DNA of 52,965 nt, filler included, from Basidioascus undulatus (GCA_000826855.1; 4 parts of 4 records of this genome joined end to end with filler, not necessarily neighbours in it); one strand, 5' to 3'; counted from the first letter of the whole stretch, positions 1 to 12,816 are shown. Program-made: numbers and translations. The notes: generated from the sequence alone by a model not told the origin.

Positions 1-525
1 CCTGCCCTCCCACCATCCGTCCCTCTCCTCTCCCTCCCCTCACTCTCGACACACCGCACAGCCGCGGCCCGCCTCTTCCTGCAACAGCGCGAACTCGCCC
101 TCTTCTCTTCCTCCTCCGCTCCCGCTCCCCCACGCCCAGCGGGGTCCTGCGCTGCAGTCCTGGGCGCAGGGTTCGAAGCCGACTTCGCGCGCCTGCTCGC
201 TGAGCGCGCCTTCCCCCCTTTCTCTCCCCCTGGTTCACCCGAGCCCCTTCCCTCTACCACGCCTACTTCCTCCGCACTCCTCTCCTCCCAACTCTCCTCC
301 TCCTCCTCCTCCCACGCGCACCCCCCAACGCCCAAACACCACCCGTACGCGACCTGCGCTCACCCGCTCCTCCTCGACCCGCTCCACATTCCCTCCCTCC
401 TCGCGCTCCTCCGCCCCGCATGGCCTGGCTTGGGCTGGGGGTGGGGGTGGGTTGCCGGGCTCGCGGTCGCCCTGGGCGTCGGGGTGGGGCTGGCTGCTGG
501 CGCGGGTGCAAGGTGGGGGACGTGA
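1..525 (+). CDS. 3' end of a hypothetical protein with a predicted C-terminal transmembrane tail (5'-partial)
   Basis: Frame +1 is open from base 1 to TGA at 523-525. It ends DPLHIPSLLALLRPAWPGLGWGWGWVAGLAVALGVGVGLAAGAGARWGT*, a hydrophobic tail-anchor-like segment. It is absent from the ORF track because it has no start codon in the window. Confidence 0.5.
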   Translation, partial: PALPPSVPLLSLPSLSTHRTAAARLFLQQRELALFSSSSAPAPPRPAGSCAAVLGAGFEADFARLLAERAFPPFSPPGSPEPLPSTTPTSSALLSSQLSSSSSSHAHPPTPKHHPYATCAHPLLLDPLHIPSLLALLRPAWPGLGWGWGWVAGLAVALGVGVGLAAGAGARWGT

Positions 526-1705
526 TTGAGGGAAGTGAGTTTCGAGCTCGTTCGGGATGTCTGTTCTTCTGTTGTAGTCCCCTTTTTTTCCTCTTTCATA
601 TTTTGACGATGACACGAGGTGGGTGCGTGTTGAGGTGGCTTGTAGCGTTGTAGCGTTGGGCTGGCTGTTGTATGTTCCCGCACATATACGTATGCGTTCC
701 TGATTTGATCACGCCGCAGTTGGGGGCGGGTGTGAGAGCGTTTCGTGAGGCTTTCGTAGGATGTGAGGAAACGAACGCAGTGCACTGTCCGCTGCCTGCT
801 GCTGCTACAGGCGAGGGGAACTCGGAGCTTTCTAGTGCGTGCAGCAAAGATGAGACGCTTCCTTCCCTGTACACACCCAAGGGACCATCTTGCAAATTGC
901 TGCATGTTGAGACAGAACGGAGGTGGATTTCTGCACTCAGCTCGGCGTCGGCCCTTACGGGTGGGACGAACACCGTGTAGTCAGGGATGGCCATACATAC
1001 CTACCGAGCTACATAATGTACATTTTGTTTTCCCTGCTGGACCAGCGTTGCTATTCAAGGCCGAGGGCGCGGGGGTTCTTGCAGAGGAGTGGCGGGATGG
1101 GCGCGCATGGAGGATGTGAGTTGTGAGGTGTGGTGCGGGGACAGTGAAAATTGGTGTTAGAGAGTGCCTAATCTATGTGGATGATCAGGAACAAAGGAAT
1201 CCCAGCCTTTTCATGTCTTGGGCCTCGCTTGCAGCGACCTGGGAACGTCGGGATAGCGGGGTCAACGCTGTCAGTGCCTGTGCACAGCGGCTGATAAGAC
1301 ACAGGTTAATTCTTTGGAAATGGGACGAGTTATATGGATGAACGTTGAGCGGATGGTACATGCTTGTGCGTGGAGGCGCTTCCATCAGCGATGCGACTGC
1401 AGCTCGCAGCGTGCACGCTACAAAAAGAGGTTTTGCAATTTGCTGCCTGGGAACACACCGACCCTAACACCAACGGAACGACACTTAAAATGAAGTTTAC
1501 CAACAGTTTAGGTCTGGTATAGAATCAGTACGTAAATCTCACACTGCAGTAGTCGCTTATGGGTCTATCCTCGCGGGGCAATTCGACGGTAGGCTGTCTC
1601 TTCAGTTAGGCTTCCGATACGGACTTGCCACACAGCTGTTAGCAAAAGATCAAAACATTACTCAACAGCGCAAATTTATATATCTAAAAAGAAGCGGCCT
1701 CCGCT

Positions 1706-4039
1706 CTAGCCAAACAGGATCTGCTTGAGAATCTTCGCCCAAAAGACGGGGTCGACGAGAGCGCGGTTGGAGATCGCCGGCTGCATCTCAGTCCTGACTT
1801 TGAATGCGACGTAGGAGTCCTGCATTGTTGAGCCTGTTATGAGCATCCCTTCCAAGTGAATAATAGCAATGTTACAGGTGCTGCTCACTTTCAGAGCTGC
1901 CAGCATCACCTGTTTCGAGAACCATCTGGACGCACAACACTGTAAGCTTCCGAGACGGTGCTGCGAGCCCATTGGAGGAGCCTACCTTGTACGGACCCCA
2001 GTCTCATCCTCTGCGGGTACTCTCGCCGCGTGCCCATAGTCCAAGGCGCGGTTGCGATCGCTGCATCCCTCCGCGTCAGCGATATGTCCACCTAGACCTT
2101 GCGCTGCGGAACAGCAACCAGGAACTAAAAGTGCTTCACTCTGGGGGTGATCTTCCCGAAGTAGCGCATGGAAAAGTCTATCCGACTCCGCGGAGAGACT
2201 CGTCGAGCATCATCGCGCCCATGCACGCTGCGGTGATGCCTTGGCCATAGGTCGCTGGAGGCCGGCGGCGTCAACAGCCAGGCCGGCCGTCCTTGATACT
2301 AGAGGAGGGACGTACAATTCAGCCTCGCGATGGAGTCACCGAGGGCGATGGAGTCACCGAGGGCGACGAAGTTGGACGGCGCGGACGCTTGGTCGTAGTA
2401 GACGATGTGCGACGGCCCGCTCTTGACATGGATGAGCGGCGCGTCGGGCTGGTCTGCGATAAGCGTTGAGAGAAATTGGGCCTTCCACTGCTCGTCTGCA
2501 GCGTAGATGGTAGAATAAGAGGAGCATTAGAAGCAGGGAAAGACTGGAAGACGGAACAGCCACCGAGCAGAAGAATTCGAGCAAGTCGTCAGGCGACGCG
2601 GTCACGTCGCCCTCGCCCTCTTCCCCCCAGTCACCGCATACGACACGGTCTATAACGAGCAGAATGTTTAGTCGGAAAACAGTTGTAGTCGGAAAACAGT
2701 TGTAGTCGGAAAACAGTTGTAGTCGGAAAACAGTTGTAGTCGGAAATAATTTGAAATCCTCAGAGAGCAGGGACGTGCACTTGTCGCCTTCCTCATGCTG
2801 GGAGATACTGAAGCGGTCGTGAGTGACGCTGCCTGCCGGACCGGGCAGGAAGAACAGGCCGGCAAAGGATGACCACGGCAAGGGCAGGTTGAGCTTCGCG
2901 CGAAGCTCTGGGTTCGAGAGGTCGAAGAGCATCTGCGAAGTGAAGCGATCTCAGTAAGTTGAGCCCATACGGCACAAGCTGGCTCCAGGCGTACCTATGA
3001 AGAGCGAGTGTGCGGATGGTACGAAGTCGTCTTTGCCGGCCGGACCCCTGCTTTGGCAAGCATTCTCCTGACTGCAGAGAAAATGTCAGAGTTGTCCCTG
3101 TAGAAATGGAGAGATGAAAGGAAGGCTTACCAGAATCCGCAACGTCCGTCGCATCCACGAATCTCGATCTCCTCCGTTGAGCCACCCTCGAGACGGTACG
3201 TGACAGTCTGAACCCGGTGCTCGACACTTTCACGGCGTTGACAACGGCACCGGTCCGTGATCTCGACGTTGGGACACGACTGTCGTACGAGAGAGCGGAC
3301 GAGCTGTTCGAGTCTGGTATGACACGCTATCGGTCAAGACGTGTGTGTATACGGCGAAAACCGCGAGACAGAGAAAAGTGCCGCACCCGCTGCGGGAGGT
3401 GTAAGCCGATTTGACCGGCGTTTCGCCCATCTTCGCAAATGGACGGCCCTGAGCAGAGATTCAGAGGTGGTTGACGGGCAATGCTCTGAAGACGACACCA
3501 TCTTCAGCCGTCAACCACTACCGGTGGCAGTTGACAACGAAAGGCACTTACAGTCCACCAGCGTCTCGCAGTTTCTCATCGAACGTGCTGAAGATTTGTT
3601 GCAGCGTCAGATACACAAAGCTGAAGATGACTGTTTGCGTGTCAGCATGCTCGTTCAACTGTAGGCAAGGACGGACTGCTAGTACCGTGGAGATAACGTG
3701 TCTGCTCGAGCCTGGTCCGCTTCCTGTCGACCTCTTCCGCCTGGAGAACGACGACCTCGGCGAAGTGCGCGCTGCGGACGCGAGCTACCCACCAAAACCC
3801 TGTCAGCATACCTCCTGAACCAAGCGGAAGCACTCGTCGTTACCTGTTATCAACCTTGCCGGACTGCCTCCAGCGACGACCGCAGTGCCCTCAATCTTGG
3901 CCCCCTTGCGCGGGGTGCCATCGCGCCTAGCCGCGGGCGTTGCAGTCGTTCTTTCATCGATCCATTTATCCAGAAAAGCGCGAAGGAGGAAGTAAATGGT
4001 GAGTGGAGCAAGTAGCACCGTGGCGATGAGTGCGAGCAT
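1706..4039 (-). pseudogene. FAD/NAD(P)-binding oxidoreductase (monooxygenase-like) pseudogene with an N-terminal membrane anchor
   Basis: Collinear fragments: hydrophobic N-terminus MLALIATVLLAPLTIYFLL; Rossmann start GTAVVAGGS; ARVRSAHFAEVVVLQAE..RTRLEQTRYLHG; FVDAT; YGQGITAACMGAMMLD; RALDYG; C-terminus LVDPVFWAKILKQILFG*. There are frameshifts and in-frame stops (TAG at 2178-2180 and 2125-2127), and the expected GD motif before YGQG is missing. Confidence 0.65.
2669..2746. repeat. Perfect 17-bp tandem repeat (TAGTCGGAAAACAGTTG), about 4.6 copies
   Basis: Identical units at 2669, 2686, 2703 and 2720, plus a partial unit at 2737, with no spacers. Confidence 0.95.
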
Positions 4040-4420
4040 AATCGCTGTCGGTTGCGGAGAGGCAACATCAATGCAAGGTGTGATCGATAGTATACCTGAT
4101 TTTCGAGCTTGTACGGCGAGGTATAGCGCGACAACGGCAACGGCCCGCGAGCGAAGGCTTCATGCATCGCTTCCTCCGTCGAAGAGCCACGGCATTCTGT
4201 GTTTCTTGGCCGGGCGATCTGAAATTTGCCCCGTCCAACTTGGCGGGAGCCGTTGCAGTGCGTGAATCAGTATCGTCACTTTCGGGTACAATAAATATCG
4301 CTGCAAGCAGCGAGCTCGAAGCGGTCTGATAAGCCAACCGTCGCAAAGCAAAGGAAGAAACGGCAAGTTCCTCTGCGAGTTCACAGCCACAGATGCAGCT
4401 GCGAACGCTTCCTATTGATC

Positions 4421-7400
4421 TCAGGGCACTCGCACTTCCGCCTTCTCCTCCAAGAAGTCCATCCATCTGTGAAAGCATAAGCACCCGAATCAGTACCCGT
4501 CTAAGTCAGAATGCGATGGTGCGACACTTACCGTTTGAGGAAATCGCTGCCTCGCTTGACGGTTCCCGAATCGCCAACGACACACTGAATAGCGACGGGT
4601 CAGTCGGCGGTACGGGACATAAGTAGAATGCCGAATGCACCAGGTGCCGCTTCGCTCTCGTCATTGCGACGTTCAGTCGGCGCTCTTCTTTCAAAAACCC
4701 GACCTCGCCCTGCCACGCACATTGTACATCAATTTCCATGGCTACCTGGGCGCGAGAAAGGAGAGCGCCTACCTTCTCATTACTGCGTACGAGCGAGATG
4801 ATGACCGCTTCTTGTTCGCGACCTTGAACGCCATCGACAGAGCCGATCTCGATTTCGGGGTTGGCGGGGTGGAGGAGCGAGGAGAGGAGCGCGACTTGAG
4901 CTTGGTATCTGCGCGACGCCTCAGCCGTCAGTATATCGTCTTCGTCAGCGCGTGGGAGGTTGCGGCGGCGTACGGCGTGATAACAGCGATCTGCGATGCC
5001 AGCACGCCAGCGTCCATCTGATCCACACGTAGTCAGCGACCGACACCAATCCCTTTCAGCCCATGCAACGAAACGCACCAGCTCTCCCACATGCTGCACG
5101 ACCGCCTCCGCTTCGTTCTCGTTGAGCTTGCTCCCCTCGTCGCCGCCCTGGCCCTCGCCTTCCGTGCGCTCGTAGTACTCGCATCCCTCTGTGTCGATGA
5201 AGACTAGCGGCGCGCTGAGCGTGCCGTCGTCGTCGGAGGCGGTGACGTTCGGGAGGTCGGACAGAAGACGAGAGGAGACGGAGGGGTGGGAGGTGAGGAG
5301 ATTGGAGTAGAGCGTCGCGGAGGGGAACTGCTGGATTAGGTCTGTGTGAAGAAGTAACAGTGAGCGGGAGCCGAAGAGCCGAACGGCATAGAAAAGCTCG
5401 GACCATGCATGCTGAATGTGACACCTGGCTTTAGCTTTCGAGCCTGGCTAGAACGGGACAACGAGGAAGACGCACCGGTATTGCACGGTCAGCAGTGCCT
5501 TGAGCCCCTCCCCATAAAGATGCAGCAGCCGCTCGAACAGGGTCGTCTCAAGCGTCCGCGGCGGACGCAGCCTCGGACGCGGCCCCGTGGGCGGGGCAGC
5601 AGCGGCTTTGAGCGCCGGCGTCGACGGGTCGGCGTCCGCGTCGCTTAGCGCGTCGCCTTCAGCGGGAGTCGCCGTATCAGCCTTGTCCTTCGCCTTCTCA
5701 GGCGCGGCCTTCAACTTGGACTTGGCGGACGACTTGGTAGGAGGATTGCTCTTCTTATCTTTGCGGTTTGGACGCGAAGTGTCGGACAGGATGGTAGGCG
5801 GGAGCTGGAGCGGGTCGCCAGCCTGATCCACAGCAGCCTGTCAGTAAAGGGTCGCTCAGGCGATGCCGAGCAAAGCAGAGACGAACCAGGACGAGCTTCT
5901 TCGCGCGCAGAATCGGAATCCAGCATGCCGCTTCTAGAGCTTGAGTGCTCTAATAATGCACCGGTTCAGCTGGATGGGCCTGTCGTCACCGAGCGACCTG
6001 CGGGACCCACCTCGTCGATGATGCAGATGTCAAAGTCAGGCTGCGACCAGAGTTGACGCCCTCCTGCGCCATGGCAAGTCGCCAGCACGATCTGTGTGAA
6101 ACATCCCCTGTTATGAGCGGCGGATGGCGCAGTCTATCCTTCAAGCCACGCACCTGCGCTTGCGCTACGACGCCCTTAACGACTCCTCCCTCCCTCTGCC
6201 TGTACCTGCTCATTCCCACCACATTCAGCTTTCGCTCTACTACTCCTTCGCCGCTCCCGCGCAAACACACACACTCCTTCCGCAGCTCCTTCACCTCCTT
6301 CCACACCACTCTCCGTTCCTTCCCGCGCACTTTCCCGCTCCGCAAGTCCCGCATCCACTGCTCGATCTCGTCCTTCACGTCCTTGACTACCGCATCTGCG
6401 GACGAGTGCGCGGTCTGGAACTCGAGCGTGGACGTGTGCAGGGCGGAGAGAATGCGCGCGGGGTGGCCGAGGCGCGTCACGGGGAGCTTGTGCGGGACGA
6501 GGCGCTCGAGAAGGTTGTCTGGTCACGGGAGGGTGAGCAGAAGCAGGGGATGGGGTGAAAGGGGCCGGAAGAGATAGGTGGTGACGAACCGACAGCTAGG
6601 TTAGAGGCGCCGCAGACGAGGATACGTTTGCCTTGTGCTGCGAATTGGCGAATGATCTCGACTGCGTGTCCACGCCTCATCAGCGCAGCCTCCGGATACC
6701 AGCTATCCACACACCTACCAAGTGTATGACTCTTTCCCGTGCCGGGCGGGCCATGGATGAGCGCTACCTGGTCCATCTCGAGCGCCAGCCTCACCGCCGC
6801 GCGCTGGCTCGGGTTCAAGCTCTCGTCAAACAGCGTCGGCTCCCCCTTCAGCGGCGTGTGCGTCGGCGCGGACAGCCCGAAGATGGTCTGCAGAAGGGCG
6901 GAGGGCGGCTCGGACGCGCCGCCGTCGCCTGAGGTCATGTCGGCGGGGACGAGCGTGCGCTGCAGCCGCTCGAGTGTCTTCCGCATGCGGTCGAAGGTCG
7001 CACTGTTGGCGAGCTTGATACTGTACAATGACCATGATGAGGTCAAGGCAAATAGTGAAGACCTATGATGTTTAACGCACATTCGGCAGCGCTCCGGCAG
7101 TTCGAGCTCCTCCTCCCCCGCGCCGCGGCTGGTGTCCACCGCAATGACGATGCGGGTATCGGACACCTTCGCAACGACACCCTCGACGCCTTCGGACGAG
7201 GCGGACCCCTTGTCTTTACTGGCATCCTTCGCTGAAGGCTTCTTGGCCTTCTTCGGAAGGGCGCCGGAAGCAGAGTCGGAGACGTGTGCGGCGATGCGGG
7301 CGAGGTCGCCTGGTCTGACAGAACTCCAGATGGCTTGATCAGGTGTGGTGTTGAGGGTGTATAGATGGATTCAAATGTACCGGAGTGTGTGAGGAGGCAT

Positions 7401-7753
7401 GACTGGCGACGTATGGTATGCCGAAGGCCTGTCCAGTTCGACCATACTGCACGAAGGAGATCGCAACTTAGCCCAAACGTTTGCATTATGGCGTACTCCC
7501 GCGCCCCCCTCCCTATCCCACAAGCGCACCTTTTACCTCCCAAGCCCACACTAATAGAAGCGACACCCAGCCCCCCCACAGCCAGACCCTTCTTCTCCAG
7601 CACCCGCTGAGCGACGTTGCTTGTGAGCAAGCTCGCCTGCTTGACCTCAGCTTCGCGCTCGCGCTCGAGCAGCGCCAGCTGGCGGTCGAGAAGGGCCTTG
7701 AGGTCCTCTGCTGAGGGTTTATGCGGGTTGAGCACAGGAGCCGGCGAGCTCAT
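4421..7753 (-). CDS. HCS1: SF1 Upf1-like helicase, Hcs1/IGHMBP2 (SMUBP-2) ortholog, multi-exon
   Basis: N-terminal LLEREREAEV and GLGGK; LNPSQ..A; Walker A IHGPPGTGKS; ILVCGASNLAV; RLGHPAR; AGDPLQLPPTI; LTVQYR; SVDGVQGREQEAVI; RRLNVAMTRAKRHL. Spliced C-terminus CVVGDSGTVKRGSDFLKRWMDFLEEKAEVRVP*. Confidence 0.9.
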
Positions 7754-7991
7754 CGTGATGATGATGGTGGAAGGCAAGGAGGCGCAAGACCAGGAGTACG
7801 CGTTCTTGCTTAGAATTACTTGACGCTCCAGGCGCGACGTCAAGCGGAAGCCAGATTTTGGCGGCGACGCTCAGCTTGTCTTCTCGCTTACACGTTCAAG
7901 AGCCTCTTTCTTCTTGACACTTTTTTCCCTTTAACTTCGGATTCCACCCAGCGGAGACACCTCCCAGTCCTCCGCTCGTACGCTCCCAACG

Positions 7992-10059
7992 ATGCCCGAC
8001 CGCTTCTTCTCCGTGCCTTCAAAGAAGCGGAAGTCGAACTCCACCTCCTCCGCCCGCCCCGCCTCTTCTTCAAAGAAGGCCCGCCCCGCGGCCAATGGCA
8101 AGGGCAAGAGTAGGGACGAGGAGCTGAGCGACGACGACGCGTCCTCCGGCGCCGGCTCCGACCGCGATGGCGGCTTCTTCGACCGCGACGAGGTCGGCAG
8201 CAGCGGGAGCGAGGACGAGGACGAGACGGCGCAGGACAAGCGCGTCCGGCTGGCTAAGCTGTATTTGGAAGGGCTTGCTGGTGAGTACCTTGAGCTCAAG
8301 CGCTGGGCGATGGGGCCTTTACTGATTGGGAGCTTGGTCTTGCGCGGCACAGGCGAGCAGACGGGGGACTACGATGCCGCTGAGATCGACCGGGAGATCA
8401 TCGCAGCTCGCTTGAAGAAGGATGTCGTACGTTCTGATCACTTTAACTTGCCCACCCATAATGACTCACCCTTACGTCTTCCCATTAGCTCGAGCAATCC
8501 GGCAAATTCCACCTTCTGCTCGCCTCCCGCCTCTCCCTCGTCTCCACCGTCTCCGTCACCCGATCCCATCGCCTCACCCCGACCTCCGCCATCGCCGTCT
8601 TCCCTCCTTCCCCCGCCCAACCCACCGTCCTCTCCGCTTCCAAAGACGGGTCGATAGCCCAGAACTCGCTCGCAACGGGCAAGCTTCTCGGCCGCCTCCC
8701 GCGGAGACGGCGAGGGGAGACAGATGCCGAGGGGCACGATGGCGAGGTTGTCGCCCTTGCGGGCAGCCAGTGCGGGCGGTGGGTGGTTAGCGGTGGAAAG
8801 GACAAGCTGGTCGGTGTGTGGGACACTACGGGTGGAGAGACTGGAGAACAGATGGCGAAGTGGGTCAAGGGGCTGGCTGGGTTCAAGGACACCGTATCCG
8901 TGCGTACCTTTGCCAGCTCTATGCTGCGCTTTTTACTGAAAACACACACGCCACTCCTTCAGGCTCTCTCTTTCCGCCTCACCACCCCTCCCACTCTCTT
9001 CGCCGCCTCTCTCGACCGGACCCTCAAGCTCTTCTCCTTCCCCCTCTCCCCTCCCGACCCTCCGGCGTACGTCGAGACCCTCTTCGGACACCAAGACCAC
9101 GTGCTGGACGTCTCCGCGCTGCGGGCCGAGACGGCCGTTTCCGCCGGCGCGCGGGACAAAACCGTGCGCTTCTGGAAGGTCGTCGACGAGAGCCAGCTCG
9201 TCTTCCGCGGCGGGGGGCGGAGCAAGGTCCGGGAGGTGCTGGAGGGCGGCGGGGCGGACGATGATGAGGAGGCGCATGAGGACGCGGGAAGGAAGAAGGG
9301 AAAGGGAAAGAAGAAGGCGGAGAGGTATGTGGAGGGGAGCATCGAGTGCGTCGCTATGATCGACGAGGTGCACTTCATCTCGGGCGGTGACTCTGGGTGC
9401 GTCGGCTTTCTCTCATACAATCGCTCGACCCTGACCAACTGAATCCTGGAACCTTCATACAGATCCCTTTGTCTTTGGAACACCTCCAAGAAGAAGCCGA
9501 TCTTCACCTTCCCCCTCGCGCACGGCACCCACACCCACGTCTCCGAAACCGAGGGCGAGATCCTCCAGCCGCGGTGGATCACGTCGGTCGCCTGCCTGCC
9601 CTACGCCGACTTCTTCGTCTCTGGTTCGTCGCACGCGATGGCCCTTCCCATCCCTCCTTTCACTAACCTTGCACCACCCGACCTAACCCAGGCTCCTGCG
9701 ACGGCCACCTTCGCCTCTGGCAGCTGGACGCGAAGCTCAAGTCCTTCTCCCCTCTCCCGTACACCGTCCCCGCCCCCGGAATCGTCAACTCCCTACAGCT
9801 GCTCTCCCCGCCCAAAGGCGTCGTTGACCTCGCGCACTGGCAGTCCTCGCCGGCGGCCGTCGCCGGCAACGGGGCGGACAAGCCGCAGGCGAAGCCGACC
9901 GACCCCGAGGAGGTCCTGCTCGTCGCTGCTGTGGGGCAGGAGCCGCGGCTTGGGCGATGGATGAGGCTGAAGGGCAAGGAGGGAAGGAACGCGGTCGTCG
10001 TGGCGCACTTTAGGGCGCGTGTGGAAGGCGAGGAGGCGGATGAGGTGATGGAGAGCTAG
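7992..10059 (+). CDS. RRP9: U3 snoRNP WD40 protein Rrp9 (U3-55K), multi-exon
   Basis: Acidic N-terminus with ETAQDKRVRLAKLYL and EIIAARLKKDV. WD40 repeats SGGKDKLVGVWD, YVETLFGHQD, GARDKTVRFWKVVDESQLVFRGG, FISGGDSG, KKKPIF and VGQEPRLGRW. Confidence 0.92.
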
Positions 10060-10348
10060 AGGGACTATTGCACTGCATTGTTTGCTTGTAACACCGCACG
10101 TTGGCGTGCGACAGAAATGTTCTTGCCTTGTCCTTGCGCTTGCCCTTGCTCTTCTTCTCGCCGTCCTTATCATCCTGAGCCCCAGCGTCGACGTTCTCCA
10201 CATCGTCGCCGGCGGACGACTTGCGCGCGTTCTTGGGCTGCTCTGCTGTGGAACCCTTGCCCGGGAGCGGCATCATCTCGTCGAGGATATCCGTGAGAGA
10301 GCCCTTGTTGGTAGGCGCGCTGGCCTTGGTCGAAGTAGGGGCCGACAT
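10010..10348 (-). pseudogene. Probable orphan 5' fragment of an unknown charged/lysine-rich protein gene
   Basis: ATG in good context (CCCACC-ATG at 10348), followed by about 75 codons of exon-like sequence (SLTDILDEMMP..DDKDGEKKSKGKRKDKAR). It then runs into the antisense of the RRP9 3' region. Confidence 0.4.
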
Positions 10349-10640
10349 GGTGGGTTGCTGCGGTGGTGGTGGCAAGATGAGGGATAGGGCAAAGGCGACG
10401 CGCCGGGACGCGGAGCGAAAGTAAAGTGGTGACGCACGATCGCGAGGGTGCCCGCGGCGTGTTTTTGATTTTTTTTTTATCTACTCGTTTTCGGGCCTTC
10501 AGCTTGAGCGCCAGCTTCGTGCATTCGTCCTTGTGACTTCAGGCAAGGGATTCTTCATTCCGTGTTTAGAGAAAGGGGATCCAGAATTGGGAGGTCGGAC
10601 AAACTCAGTATGAGAAGTACAGTCCTTTCCGACCAACGCT

Positions 10641-12337
10641 CTACAATGAGGACAAGTACCTCTGTTCTCGGCAACACATTAAGAGCTGTAAGGCGTCCTC
10701 CAATGCAGTCAGGGTATAAACGCTATAACTTCGTGCACTTCGATGAGCCGTCGCAAGCGCACGAACCGGAAGCTTGCGGGAGCTCTGAATGGTAGCCACG
10801 TCGAGACTGCCTGGGTGGTCCGCGTCACGCACAAGGACAACTGGCTGTATCAAATCGGTACCATAGTAACTTTCCTGAATATGGACTTTTCATACCAGTG
10901 ACCTTTTCGCTACTATGCAAAGTAACCAACATGCCTCGCAAGCATGGATTGCCTTGTGCGAATATATCAAGTCAAAAAAGACGTTCATACAAACTCATAT
11001 TCCTCAATTCCTCCAATACAGTATTCCCTTCCTCCCGCCGGGTCATTCGGAAAGTTAGTCTGCCCAGAAAGTCTCCTTCTGTGATTGCTGCATGACTGAA
11101 GCGTGCCCAGCTCATACGACTCAGGTGCGGAAGGCGCACCGCGAGCTCCTTGGTCACCTCGGCATACCGTGCGGAGCTTCGACTCTGTCATTCCTTTGGT
11201 AGAGTGAAAAGTTGGCTAGATCCACGATAGTATCGAAAGCATGGCGGCGCAGGATCCTGCCTCGCACTGTCCAGGTTGGAAGGCAGGCGCAGCTCGACCA
11301 GAGAGGGCAAGCACGTCAGAAGGTCGAGATCAGAGTGCTCTGCAGAGGTATCGAGAGGAGTTCCATTAGCTCTCAGATAGTTGCCACCCAAAGATATAAG
11401 AAGACACACCATTACCAGCCATCAAGACAGATACGGAGTTCCCACAATCTTGGATAGGCTCTGCTGATCAATTCAAGGCAGTCCTAGTAGGTTCCTTGAG
11501 GCCCGCAAGACAAGCGACGGAGTTCGCAGCTAGGATATTGGCGTGCGAAGGATGGCATGTCGAATGCTTCGCATTGCAAGTCTATCGAGCGTAGGATAGG
11601 GAGCGAGCACGACAAAAACGATTCCATCACGGACTGCAGCTCGCTTGGCCAGAGCTTCTCTGGACTGTCAAGTCGGCAGGAGTGAAGGACTCTGATCTTT
11701 CTGAAAGCAGAGAGGAGCAATATAAAGGCAGACTGGCTCCGGATCTGGGTGCAGGGGAGACGAGTTGCCGGAGAGAGGGGCAAGCAGACGCCACGGCGAC
11801 GCCAAAGGCGGTCAGATACGAGCGCTCTTGATCAGAAGGCGAAGTTCAATAGAAGCACTCAGAAGGCCTGCGGCCCCTTCTTTGGTAGATGCCGACATGG
11901 AGTACGAGAAATAAATCTCGAGTCGACTGTTAACGTTGATGTAGCGGAGTGGAGTTAGCCTCGAGCTCTTCAGCTCCACAGAAGGATGTGTCATGGACTT
12001 GCCGGACGAATCTCAGTGTATCGGGAGCGCCTCCGCTTGCGGTTAATGCAAAGCGGCGGAAGGTTTCATGAACGTCGTAGTCGCTCCAATGGCCGAGTTT
12101 GACCACCGCCCGAGAGAACATGACCGGCAACCAGCTGGCGAAATGCCCGGGAAGCGAGGGCGAATGGGCGTATCTCTGTCGGGGAAAGGAAATGCAGTGC
12201 GTGAAGGATAATCTCCCTCAGAAGATCGTGAAGCCTGCCGGGATGCGGTGGTGGCGGGGCAGAGCCGTACGACAGGGATGAGCGGGTAGCAGGAAGCCGA
12301 AGAGCCACCCTACGAAGACAGCGAGGGCCAGTAGCAT
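10641..12337 (-). pseudogene. Degenerate F-box/LRR-like gene
   Basis: F-box-like segment HDLLREIILHALHFLSPTEIRPFALASRAFRQLV. LRR-like pieces (LPILRSIDL, CELRRLSC, LPSLVELRLP, VLEELRNM) are spread over several frames with stops. Confidence 0.5.
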
Positions 12338-12816
12338 GGCTTCTATGAGAGCGAGGTGATTGAGCTCAAAGATCGGGATGGTATGTTTGATGGTGTGGCG
12401 GGGCAGCGATTGACTCCGGCAACTGGTGGAAGGGGCGGATGTGTCTCTGGAGGCCGCCCATGCTCGAGCTTGTGCCTTCCCTACCTGAGAGGTCAAATCC
12501 CGCCACTCGACTTTCATCCGCCGAAAGGAAACACATTGCACAATTGTCGTGCAGCGCGGGAACAGCACTGGCAATCTCTCCCTCCGTCTACATGGACCTG
12601 TGTTTTAAGCGGTGTGGCCCACAGGTGGCAGGAGAAACCCAAGATGTCGAGAAGGCACCTGTGGTCCAACATGCTGCAAAAAATGGAGTTTGGAATGGAG
12701 TGGTGCCGATATGATGTCTTATCCAGGCGGTCAATCTCAGTCGCACAAGCCTTACCTTCTCGCATAGCTCTCGACGCCGCGTATAGACAAACCACTCCGT
12801 CTCAGAATTCCGTGCC

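Noticed and set aside
1692..1709. Helitron 3' end (AGCGG-CCT-CCGCT hairpin plus CTAG)
   Set aside because: The hairpin is very short and directly abuts CTAG, which is simply the stop codon of the minus-strand pseudogene.
2669..2746. CRISPR-like array
   Set aside because: Units are contiguous with no unique spacers, there are no cas genes, and the DNA is eukaryotic.
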